Below are positions 16,720-24,952 of a DNA stretch of 35,228 bases, piece after piece (position 1 is the stretch's first letter; each line of letters starts with the position of its first letter). Location of the stretch: NCBI GenBank assembly GCA_964236415.1, contig CAXSEX010000001.1:1-35228 (forward strand), read 5' to 3'. Both the position numbers and the translations under genes were made by a program. The notes under the pieces were generated by a model. That model was given only the letters and a program-made list of their open reading frames with translations, was not told the origin of the DNA and searched no databases. The DNA is from an uncultured Acetobacteraceae bacterium. GTDB lineage: Bacteria; Pseudomonadota; Alphaproteobacteria; Acetobacterales; Acetobacteraceae.

Positions 16720-18099
16720 TCACAGAGACAAATGGATGCCGAACAGCAGGACGTTCCGGTTGTAGTTGCCCGTCGTCAGCGTGTTCAGCGTCTGGCCGGC
16801 CGGCGTGATCACCTGCTGGCTGGGGGTGAGCGGCGTCGTCACGATCTGAGTGCCGACAACCGTTGTGCTGCCCGGGCCGCTCTGCTGCGTGAAGTCGTAA
16901 TCGGCGGACAAGCGCAGGCGACGGTTGACCAGCCAGTTCACGCTGCCGCCCAGCGTGTAGCTGGTCGTGGTGCCGGTCGATTGGAAGAACTCCGCCGCCT
17001 GGAAGCTGCCCCGGCCTTGCAGCAGGATGTTGCGCTTCAGCTCATGGTCCACGACGATGCCGGTCGTCGTGAAGGTATAGCCGGCGGTTCCCTCCGTTTG
17101 CACGTCCTCGATCTGCCGCCGCACATAGCCGGTCAGGGTGGTCAGCCCCGTTGGCGTGTAGATCACGTTCGCCTCGGCAATCGGAGCCGTCCGGGTGCCG
17201 AATTGCGACGAGGCGAAGTTCCGCACCTCGACCCCGGCAAGCAGGCGGTAGCGCCACAAGCCGGTCGCCTGGTAGTCAAGGCCAGTTAGGAACAGGAAGC
17301 TCTTCGAGTTGTTGCTGGGCTGCTGGCCCTGTGGCTGGATGTAGTGCGAGTTGATCCCCTGCAGCACGACCAGGATGCCGCGCTGGTCGCTGAGGCTGTA
17401 GCGCGTCGTGACGCCGCCGCTCACCACGGTGCGGTTGCGGAAGCTTTGGTCGGTCGGTTGGCCGACAACGAGGGCATTGCCGAACTGGAACAGGCGGATG
17501 TCGATGTTGGGCACGAAGGAGAACCGGCCGGCGTCAATCGTGTAGTCGGCGCGGACGGCATCGACGTCGTAGGGCAGCGGCGTCGTCGTCGCGACGGCGG
17601 CGATGTCCGTGCCCAGCTCGTGCTGCCGGAAGTGCGAGTAGCCGATGTCCAGGTCATGACGGCCAATCGTGTAGCCGCCGCCAACCGAGACGTTGTAGTT
17701 GGTGTAGTTCAGACTGGGGGCGCTGAAGTACGAGTAGTTGTCCAGGCTGGCCGAGATGCCGAGGCGATTGCGGGACCAGTTGGAGTTCGCGCTGACCGAG
17801 GGCGATGTCCTGACGAAGCCGCTGCTCGGCCCGCCGTTGATGCCGAGGATGTTCGAGTCGTATCCGACGCTTTCGTCCAAGCGCGCATTGACGGTGTAGG
17901 CCCCGAGCCGCACGCCAGGCTCCTGGTACAAAGGCCGGAGCCGGGACAGCACCGTCACCCCCTGATCACGGTCGAAGCCCGGCACTCCCGTGGGAAAATA
18001 GCTTTCGACATACTGCGCATGGGCGCCTGACGAGAAGCCCCACGCCAACAGGCCGACCCCGACACACGACAGGCGCCGCCGTGTTCCTGACCGTGCCAT
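16720..18099 (-). CDS. Outer-membrane beta-barrel protein associated with polysaccharide export
   Basis: GGAGGGG RBS. Sec signal ending AHA-Q, VLSRLRPLYQEPGVRLG N-terminus, GYDSNI, many alternating aromatic/hydrophobic beta-strands and a terminal strand LLFGIHLSL. Divergent from the OPX gene. Confidence 0.88.
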   Translation of the reverse strand: MARSGTRRRLSCVGVGLLAWGFSSGAHAQYVESYFPTGVPGFDRDQGVTVLSRLRPLYQEPGVRLGAYTVNARLDESVGYDSNILGINGGPSSGFVRTSPSVSANSNWSRNRLGISASLDNYSYFSAPSLNYTNYNVSVGGGYTIGRHDLDIGYSHFRQHELGTDIAAVATTTPLPYDVDAVRADYTIDAGRFSFVPNIDIRLFQFGNALVVGQPTDQSFRNRTVVSGGVTTRYSLSDQRGILVVLQGINSHYIQPQGQQPSNNSKSFLFLTGLDYQATGLWRYRLLAGVEVRNFASSQFGTRTAPIAEANVIYTPTGLTTLTGYVRRQIEDVQTEGTAGYTFTTTGIVVDHELKRNILLQGRGSFQAAEFFQSTGTTTSYTLGGSVNWLVNRRLRLSADYDFTQQSGPGSTTVVGTQIVTTPLTPSQQVITPAGQTLNTLTTGNYNRNVLLFGIHLSL

Positions 18100-18333
18100 G
18101 ACCCCTCCGCCGCCATCCATCGTTCCCGCAGGGACACGAGCGTGCCGATGCGGTCAAGGGCAAAGGCGGTCCAAGACGAGGTTGAGGGGAGCCGCTCCCG
18201 ATTATGGTCATGCCGTGCGGCCAAGATGCAACGTTTATGCCTGATCGTGGTCCAAGCGCCGCAGTTGCTCTCGACGGTGCAACCAAACCGGCCATAACAT
18301 GCTAAGATGGATGCCGAAAATCAGGAGAACGTC

Positions 18334-18939
18334 ATGCGTGTGACAAGTGCAAGGCCCGGATTGCTGTCGAGGCGCGTCGCCTTGGCCGGCATCGTGGCGG
18401 TGCCGATGGCTGGCCTTGTGGGTTGCAGCGGCCCCGGCTCGGGGCTTGCGCCAGTTCCCGACGTGAATGCCAGCATCTACACGTTGGGACCAGGCGACCA
18501 GATCCGCATCATCACATTTGGCGAGCAGCAGCTGACGGGCGAGTTCCGAGTCGATGCGGCCGGGGAGATCGCCTTGCCCCTTGTCGGCGACGTGCATGCC
18601 GGCGGCCTGACGCCGAAGCAACTGGAAGGCTCGGTCGCCCAGGCCCTGACCCGGTCCAAGCTCTATAGGAACCCCAGCGTCTCGGTGGAAGTGATCGCCT
18701 ATCGGCCGATCTTCATCCTGGGCGAGGTGGTCCGCCCGGGGCAGTATCCCTACCAGCCCGCCATGACCGTCGTCACCGCGGCGGCCGTGGCCGGCGGCTT
18801 CACCTACCGCGCGGTCACGAACCGGTTTTCAATCGTCCGCACCAGCAACAAGCAGCCGGAAACGGCCGAGGGCGGCGCCATACGGGAGACGCTTGTTCAG
18901 CCCGGCGACGTCATCACGGTGTTCGAGCGGATCTTCTGA
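18334..18939 (+). CDS. wza: Short OPX polysaccharide export lipoprotein (Wza-like, no C-terminal OM helix)
   Basis: AGGAG RBS, lipobox LVGC, PES motif YTLGPGDQIRI..GEIALPLVG, one SLBB domain (GEVVRPGQY..AVAGGFTYRA), ending VQPGDVITVFERIF. Only 201 aa. Confidence 0.92.
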   Translation: MRVTSARPGLLSRRVALAGIVAVPMAGLVGCSGPGSGLAPVPDVNASIYTLGPGDQIRIITFGEQQLTGEFRVDAAGEIALPLVGDVHAGGLTPKQLEGSVAQALTRSKLYRNPSVSVEVIAYRPIFILGEVVRPGQYPYQPAMTVVTAAAVAGGFTYRAVTNRFSIVRTSNKQPETAEGGAIRETLVQPGDVITVFERIF

Positions 18940-18944
18940 TCGTC

Positions 18945-18987
18945 TGTGGCAAAATTACCACATGCCTTGTGACGGGATAACCACATG
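18945..18987. promoter_or_regulatory. Tandem pair of palindromic boxes TGTGR-N8-CCACA upstream of the priming transferase
   Basis: TGTGGcaaaattaCCACATG (18945-18964) and TGTGAcgggataaCCACATG (18968-18987), 23-bp period. Confidence 0.5.
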
Positions 18988-19195
18988 AGTTGATGGAGGT
19001 TTACCGTTACGCTTCCAAAGCTCCACCCTTCGGCTAGGAAACGTCGCGGCTCACATGAGCGCCGTCAACAATACGTGATCGGCGTCTTGTGTGCGTTGCG
19101 GCATAATCCGCGTTAACAGATGTAAGGGACCGTCCCTTGTGAAAAGCATTTACATCTTACGCAGCTGACCTTAGCGCCGGGCGGGGAATCTACAG

Positions 19196-20647
19196 ATGCA
19201 TGTCAACTCACTGACTCGTGAGACTTCGCCGCCGTGGGTCCGCCATGTGCCGTTCAAGCCAGCGACGATCCGCTGGATGGCGCTGTTCTCCGCCGATATC
19301 GCCGCGTTGGTTCTGGCAGCGGTGACGGCGCTGTTGACCCATATGATTTTTGAAAGCGTAACCCTGGATCATGTCTTGCGCCAGATCCCTATGGAGGGAT
19401 TTGGATGGCATGGGTGGGGCAGCATCCTTGTCGCCGGCCTGCTCGTGGCCTACTTCGGTTGCCGCGGCCATTACACGCTTCGCGTGCCCATCTGGACGGA
19501 ACTGCGTGGCCTGGCAGCGGGCGTGGCAACCGGCTTCCTATGCGACAGCTACATCCGCGTCATCGTTTACGGCTCGCATATCGGGTTTGAAAGCGTAGGT
19601 CGTTGGGTGCTGCTCCTGCCTTGCCTGCTTCTGATGCGTAAGCTGGCCCGGACAATCCTCGACGACTTCGGCGTGTGGCGCCTGCGCACCCTCATCATCG
19701 GCGACGATGCCGCCCTCAAATCGACGCGGGCAGCGTTCCAGTCGGATGCCCGGCTCGGCTATGAGGTCGTCGCATCGGTCGGCTTGCATGCAGTCAACCA
19801 CGCCCCAGGCCGCGGAACGTGGCTGCTGGAGCAGCACGATGCGGAGTTCGCGGTCATCGCGACGCGGGGCGACATCTCCGGGGAAGCTGCCCGTTTCGCC
19901 GAGGACCTGTCGCGCGAGCGCGTGCCCTTCGCGCTCGTGCCGGCCTTCGACGGGCTGCCGGTCAGCGCCTTCAACAGCCAATACTTCTTCACCCACGACG
20001 TGACGCTGCTGGTGTATGGCAACAATCTTGCGCGCCCGTTCAGCCGCTTCGTCAAGGCGTTGTTCGACCAGGCAGTTGCGCTGTGCCTGCTGGTGATCCT
20101 GTCGCCGCTTTTCCTGGCGCTCGCCCTGCTGATCCGTGCCGACGGCGGCCCGGCCCTGTTCGGCCACCGCCGTGTCGGCGAGAGCGGACGGTCGTTCCGC
20201 TGCTTCAAGTTCCGGTCAATGGTCACGAATGCGGACGAGGTGCTGCAGCAGGTGCTCAAGGCCGATCCGCAGGCCAAGGCGCAATGGCTGGCGACACACA
20301 AGCTCCAAGATGATCCTCGCATCACCTCAATTGGCCGGGTGCTCCGCAGGACGAGCCTCGATGAACTGCCGCAGTTGCTCAACGTCGTCCGGGGCGAGAT
20401 GAGCCTGGTCGGCCCCCGTCCAATCATCGACGCCGAAATTCCGCGTTATGGCCGCGACATTTCCTACTACTTCGAGACCAAGCCGGGAATCACTGGGCTT
20501 TGGCAGGTCAGCGGGCGAAGCAACACGACCTATGAGCATCGCGTGTGCCTCGACGTGTGGTACGTGCGCAATTGGTCCCTGTGGCACGACATCGCCATTC
20601 TGCTGAAGACGCTGCCTGCGGTGCTGAAGAAGGAGGGCGCGGTCTGA
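19196..20647 (+). CDS. wbaP: Priming undecaprenyl-phosphate hexose-1-phosphate transferase (WbaP/WcaJ type)
   Basis: N-terminal TMs plus a Bac_transf domain: KFRSM, DDPRIT, RRTSLDELPQLLNVVRGEMSLVGPRP, KPGITGLWQVSGRS, LDVWYVRNWSLWHD. Sugar specificity (Gal vs Glc) cannot be proven from sequence. Confidence 0.93.
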   Translation: MHVNSLTRETSPPWVRHVPFKPATIRWMALFSADIAALVLAAVTALLTHMIFESVTLDHVLRQIPMEGFGWHGWGSILVAGLLVAYFGCRGHYTLRVPIWTELRGLAAGVATGFLCDSYIRVIVYGSHIGFESVGRWVLLLPCLLLMRKLARTILDDFGVWRLRTLIIGDDAALKSTRAAFQSDARLGYEVVASVGLHAVNHAPGRGTWLLEQHDAEFAVIATRGDISGEAARFAEDLSRERVPFALVPAFDGLPVSAFNSQYFFTHDVTLLVYGNNLARPFSRFVKALFDQAVALCLLVILSPLFLALALLIRADGGPALFGHRRVGESGRSFRCFKFRSMVTNADEVLQQVLKADPQAKAQWLATHKLQDDPRITSIGRVLRRTSLDELPQLLNVVRGEMSLVGPRPIIDAEIPRYGRDISYYFETKPGITGLWQVSGRSNTTYEHRVCLDVWYVRNWSLWHDIAILLKTLPAVLKKEGAV

Positions 20648-20657
20648 GACCGGGCTT

Positions 20658-21659
20658 TCAAGCGGGGCGGCTGATGCCGGGAAAATAGCCGCCGCGGAGC
20701 GTTTTGCGCAGGATGATTGGTGTTTGGCGCAGCGTTTCCAGGAAGATGTAGCTGGAACTCGCGGGAGATTGGACCAGCAGCCGTCCGGCTTTCCCGAGCT
20801 GTCTCTGTTTGACCGCATCGGTGAATGCCCGGTAGTAATACAGCCGGTCGATCTTCGCCTTGTGCCGGCGCAGCGCTTCGCGCAGAGCCGCATTTCGTGA
20901 AACCGTGGGATCGCCCAGAAAATCCTCTTCAAGCTGCGCGATGCGCCGCAGGTCGCCGGAGCTTTGCACCTCGGTCAGCGATCCCGGTCGCGTGGCGTAG
21001 TGATAAAAGACCTCGGGCGTGATCCACCAGCACGCCCCGGCGCGCAGGCACGCGACGTAGAGCATGAAATCCTCGCCGAACCGGTTCCGCTCGTCATACC
21101 GGATGCTGTGCTTCAGCAGGAAGTCGCGCCGGATCATGGGCTGCATGAACCCGTAGCTAAGCCGAGGGTTCCGGGGATCGCCGATGTTGCGTTGGATGAA
21201 CTCCGCCGCCGTCAGGTGCTGGGAATGCCCCAGGAGGTCCGGCGGGATCAGCAGGTAAGGTGTCCCGCCGACCGGCATCATCAGCAGGTTGTCCGACACC
21301 ATGTCCGCGGCATTCGCATCGGCAAGGCCCACAAGCCGCGCGAGCCGCTCCGGCATGTAGGCGTCATCCGAATCCAGCAACGCGATCCAGCGTCCGCACG
21401 CCGCGTCGAACCCGATGTTGCGCGCAGCCGCAGGCCCGCCGTTGCGCGCCATGTGCAGCAGCTTGACGCGGTCGTCGTTCTGGGCAAACCGTGCAACGAC
21501 TTCCGCCGTGTCGTCGGTCGAGCAATCATTGATGACGATCAGCTCAAGGCGGCGTTCCGTCTGGTTGAGCGCCGATTGAATGGCGGTGCCGATCAGGTGC
21601 CTGGAGTTGTAGGCAGGCAGCAGAATGGATACGAGGCAACCCTGTTCCGCGTCGCTCAT
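20658..21659 (-). CDS. Glycosyltransferase family 2 (ExoO/ExoU-like)
   Basis: Starts MSDAEQG at an ATGA overlap. Motifs VSILLPAYN, NDCSTDDT, NGGPAAARN, ALLDSDD, YGFMQPMIRRDFL, FGEDF. Confidence 0.92.
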   Translation of the reverse strand: MSDAEQGCLVSILLPAYNSRHLIGTAIQSALNQTERRLELIVINDCSTDDTAEVVARFAQNDDRVKLLHMARNGGPAAARNIGFDAACGRWIALLDSDDAYMPERLARLVGLADANAADMVSDNLLMMPVGGTPYLLIPPDLLGHSQHLTAAEFIQRNIGDPRNPRLSYGFMQPMIRRDFLLKHSIRYDERNRFGEDFMLYVACLRAGACWWITPEVFYHYATRPGSLTEVQSSGDLRRIAQLEEDFLGDPTVSRNAALREALRRHKAKIDRLYYYRAFTDAVKQRQLGKAGRLLVQSPASSSYIFLETLRQTPIILRKTLRGGYFPGISRPA

Positions 21660-22624
21660 GCGTGTTTCCGTTGTTTTCCTTGGATGAGGGCGCGGGGCAC
21701 GGCGCGCAGCCCTTCCCAGCCGATATGCCTGAAGTGCGCCGGACTTTCGAGCACCTGGAAGAGCGCCGCAACAGGATCGCGCCGCTTGATTGCCTGCGCG
21801 AAGCGGAACCACCCCAGCGCAAGTTCGACCGAGCGGATGTGGCGCATCATGGCATGGTGCAAAGGGTTGCCCGGCTCCACGCCAGGACTCGACAACAGGG
21901 TCCGCTCCAGACGGACCAGTTGCGCGAGGTCGTCGGCCGAGTGCCGGGTCGTCAATCCTGCGGCACTGACGGCATAGTCATACATCGCATCCGGCACGAT
22001 GACATAGCGCGCCGCCGCAAGCAGGCAGCGCAGCGCGAAAAGGTAATCCTCGGAAAAGCGGAGATTGTCGTAGCGGATGCCAGTCCGGTCCAGGAAGTCG
22101 CGCCGGATGATCGGCTTGAGAAAGCCGTAGGCGACGCCCCGGCACCGGGCCGTTTGTATGTTGCGCTCCACGAACGCGGCTGGGCTGACCACGCTCGGCT
22201 TGCCCAGCCATTCCGGCGGAATCATCGGGCCGATGCGCCGCATGCCCGGGGCGCGCAAAAGCAGAAGGTTGTCTGCGACAAGCTGCGCCCCGTGCGACGC
22301 TGCCGCATCGAGAAGGGTTTTCAGGCGCTGCGGATGGTATTGGTCGTCCGCGTCCAGCAGGGCGACCCATTCCCCGCCCGCAGCGTCCAACCCGGCATTG
22401 CGCGCGGCGCCAGGGCCACCGTTCCGCTTCATCCGCAGCAGCCGAACCCGGGCGTCCCGCACGGCCAAGCCCTCGACGACCGCTGCCGTGTCGTCGGTCG
22501 AGGCGTCGTCCACGACGATGATCTCAATGCGGCCCTCACTTTGCGCCTGCGCCGACCCGACCGCATTGCCGATCAGGTGGGCGGAATTGAAAGCAGGGAT
22601 GATGATGGAAACAAGCGGCATCAT
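21656..22624 (-). CDS. Glycosyltransferase family 2 (ExoO/ExoU-like), paralog of the adjacent gene
   Basis: VSIIIPAFN, DDASTDDT, NGGPGAARN, ALLDADD, YGFLKPIIRRDFL, FSEDY. Confidence 0.92.
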   Translation of the reverse strand: MMPLVSIIIPAFNSAHLIGNAVGSAQAQSEGRIEIIVVDDASTDDTAAVVEGLAVRDARVRLLRMKRNGGPGAARNAGLDAAGGEWVALLDADDQYHPQRLKTLLDAAASHGAQLVADNLLLLRAPGMRRIGPMIPPEWLGKPSVVSPAAFVERNIQTARCRGVAYGFLKPIIRRDFLDRTGIRYDNLRFSEDYLFALRCLLAAARYVIVPDAMYDYAVSAAGLTTRHSADDLAQLVRLERTLLSSPGVEPGNPLHHAMMRHIRSVELALGWFRFAQAIKRRDPVAALFQVLESPAHFRHIGWEGLRAVPRALIQGKQRKHA

Positions 22625-22832
22625 GTCTCTGGCAGGAGGGAACAACGGCCCAAGCGGTTGTTCCTGTTTTCATTTCAACGAAGCGGCCTCGTCGTAGGCG
22701 TGGGCAGGAATCACGGCATGGCTATGGCTCCGAAGCTTCTCTCGTGGACTTGACGGGGAAAACCTTCCGCCTGCTTGGTGGTCGCCGCCATAGGCATTAG
22801 GGATGGGAAACGGCCTAAAAATGTGGCATTTG

Positions 22833-23750
22833 ATGGTTGATGTTTCCGTCGTGATCTGCACGCGCAACCGGGCGGGCGCGCTGCACGCGAGCCTGGAGTC
22901 GGTCGCCGCCGCCGCCCGGGCCTGCGGCATCGAAGCCGAGCTTGTGATCGTCGATAATGCCTCGTCCGACGACACCGCGGCAGTCGTGACCGCTTGGGCG
23001 GAGACCGCCCCCCTGAGGGTGACGCTGGTGCGCGAAGCGCGGCAAGGCCTCGCGGCGGCACGCAACGCTGGCATCCGCGCCGCCCACGGTGCTGTCTTGG
23101 CCTTCACCGACGATGATTGCCGCCTCGCCCCCGACTATCTTTACACGTTGCGGGACCTGTTTGCGGGTGACTCCGGGCTGGTGCTGCGCGGGGGCCGGGT
23201 GGATCTCGGCGATTCCGCCGACCTGCCCTTCACCATCAAGACGGACCCGACGCCCGCGCGGTACGGCGGCGAGCGGCACCCGGGCGGGTTCATCCACGGA
23301 TGCAACATGGCGGCAACCCGCGCCGCCTTTGACCGCATCGGCCCGTTCGACGAGCGGTTCGGCGCGGGCGCTCCGTGCGAGGCGGGAGAGGACACCGATT
23401 ACCTTTACCGCGCCTACCTGGCCGGCATCCCCGTGGAATACGCTCCGTCCCTGGTGGTCGCGCACCACCACGGGCGACGCAGCCAGGCGGAGGTCGCGGC
23501 GCTGAACGGCATCTATGCCCGCGGCAACGGCGCCCTTTACCTGAAGCACGCGCGCCACTGGCACCTGCTCAGGAACTTCGTCTGGGATCTCAAGGGCAGC
23601 GTCCGGGAAGTGTTCGGCGGAGCGCCGATCGACCCGGCCTTCGGCTTCACGTACCGCGCCAACGTGCTTGGCTGCCTGCGGGGCATGGGCCGGTTCGCCG
23701 CGCTGACGCTGCGCGATGCCATGCGCGGAGGCGGGCAGCACCGCCGCTGA
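22833..23750 (+). CDS. Glycosyltransferase family 2
   Basis: VSVVICTRNR, VDNASSDDT, GLAAARNAG, AFTDDDC, GCNMA, FDERFGAG..GEDTD. Confidence 0.92.
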   Translation: MVDVSVVICTRNRAGALHASLESVAAAARACGIEAELVIVDNASSDDTAAVVTAWAETAPLRVTLVREARQGLAAARNAGIRAAHGAVLAFTDDDCRLAPDYLYTLRDLFAGDSGLVLRGGRVDLGDSADLPFTIKTDPTPARYGGERHPGGFIHGCNMAATRAAFDRIGPFDERFGAGAPCEAGEDTDYLYRAYLAGIPVEYAPSLVVAHHHGRRSQAEVAALNGIYARGNGALYLKHARHWHLLRNFVWDLKGSVREVFGGAPIDPAFGFTYRANVLGCLRGMGRFAALTLRDAMRGGGQHRR

Positions 23751-23757
23751 CCCTGGG

Positions 23758-24108
23758 TCACTCCTGCTCGGCCTCGCTTGGGGGAGCGTTGTAAGCATCC
23801 AGCGCCGCCTGGCAGTTCTTCGACAGGTTCAGGTAGAATTGCGCCAGGCAGGCCGCCGCGATGGGCGCCGCGGGATCGCTCCCGACGCAGTGGGCGCGGT
23901 AGTCGGTCCGGCACGCCGACTTCAGCGCCGCCCCCATGTTGCGCGCCTCGCCCTCCTGCGCCCAGGCCGCCGCCGGGCTGCATGCCATCAGGGCCGAGAT
24001 GCCGGCCCACAGCACGGGCAGCCAGCCGGCGCGGCTCCGCCTACTCGGCAACCGCCAGGTTTGCGGCCCGGCGGGGTGCGAACTTTCGGGCACGTTGATT
24101 TTCGGCAA
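23758..24108 (-). CDS. Small secreted cysteine-rich-repeat protein
   Basis: AAGGAG 7 nt before TTG 24108. Signal-like segment ending AWA-Q. Four-Cys pattern ACRTDYRAHC..ACL..LSKNC. Confidence 0.7.
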   Translation of the reverse strand: MPKINVPESSHPAGPQTWRLPSRRSRAGWLPVLWAGISALMACSPAAAWAQEGEARNMGAALKSACRTDYRAHCVGSDPAAPIAAACLAQFYLNLSKNCQAALDAYNAPPSEAEQE

Positions 24109-24874
24109 TGAAGAACTCCTTTGGCGTGATCATCGTTGCGAGTTGGGCGTCGGACAGCGTGAAGCCCGAGGGATCGTCGGCGATCAGCGGCGTGGTCTGC
24201 GACCGGTGCTTGAGCACAGCCGCACGCTTGGCGGCGACATGCGGCCCGATGTCAATCGAAAACCCCCTCCAGCGCAAGTTCGGCATGAGCACCCGATCCG
24301 GCAGCATCCAGGCCCAGACAGGGTAGGAGAACAGGGAGGCTTGGACCTCGCGCGCCGCAGCCGCCGCGTAAAGATAGGCCGCGACGTGGTCGGGATGGGT
24401 GTCGTAGTCCCAACTCGTGAAGATCGTCCCAGCCGCGATGGTGCGGGCCAGCGCGGCGAGCCTTCGCCCAGCGGCCTCCGCCGCAGTGCCGCGTTGCGGC
24501 GCACGGCCGTCTGGGATGTCCAGGAAGCTGACACGCTCAGGCGGCAGGCCTAAGACCGCCGCCGCCTCAAGCGTCTCGCTGCGGCGAAGCTGCCGCAGCA
24601 GCTCGGGGCTGTGCGTGTGGGACCCGGAATGCGACCCGGCGCCGTCCGTCACCACGGCGACATGCACGGCCTGGCCGAGCCGGGCCGCCTCGGCGATCAG
24701 CCCGCCGCACCCCAGGCTCTCATCGTCGGGGTGCGGCGCGACGACGAGAGCCGGCCGGCCACCCAGCACGTCGCCAAGCCCAGCCTCTGGCAGCGCCCTG
24801 ACCCGCGCAAGGGCGGTCGAGGCCCGGCAGGGCCCATGCCGGACGCATCGGGCCAGGCGCTGCCACCGTCTCAT
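24041..24874 (-). CDS. PIG-L/LmbE family deacetylase
   Basis: VAPHPDDESLGCGG, TDGAGSH, RRSE, DTHPDH, KRAAVLKHRSQ. Confidence 0.92.
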   Translation of the reverse strand: MRRWQRLARCVRHGPCRASTALARVRALPEAGLGDVLGGRPALVVAPHPDDESLGCGGLIAEAARLGQAVHVAVVTDGAGSHSGSHTHSPELLRQLRRSETLEAAAVLGLPPERVSFLDIPDGRAPQRGTAAEAAGRRLAALARTIAAGTIFTSWDYDTHPDHVAAYLYAAAAAREVQASLFSYPVWAWMLPDRVLMPNLRWRGFSIDIGPHVAAKRAAVLKHRSQTTPLIADDPSGFTLSDAQLATMITPKEFFIAENQRARKFAPRRAANLAVAE

Positions 24875-24930
24875 TCCACCCCTCTCATGGATCGACGCGC
24901 CCCTTTGTCCTCTGCGGCGCCATCAGAATG

Positions 24931-24952
24931 AAAAAGCCAGAAAAAAGCCAGA
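24931..24952. repeat. Perfect 11-bp tandem repeat (AAAAAGCCAGA x2) in a divergent promoter region
   Basis: Read directly from the sequence, between the PIG-L gene and the lytic transglycosylase gene. Confidence 0.7.

Noticed and set aside
15323-18278. Shared 10-mer TCTCGACGGT in two divergent promoter regions (15323-15332 and 18269-18278)
   Set aside because: One 10-bp match among roughly 2 kb of intergenic DNA is expected by chance, and it is absent from the other spacers.
19081-19195. c-di-GMP riboswitch or CtrA box in the wbaP leader
   Set aside because: No GEMM-type consensus is recognisable, and the TTAA half-sites do not have the TTAA-N7-TTAA spacing.
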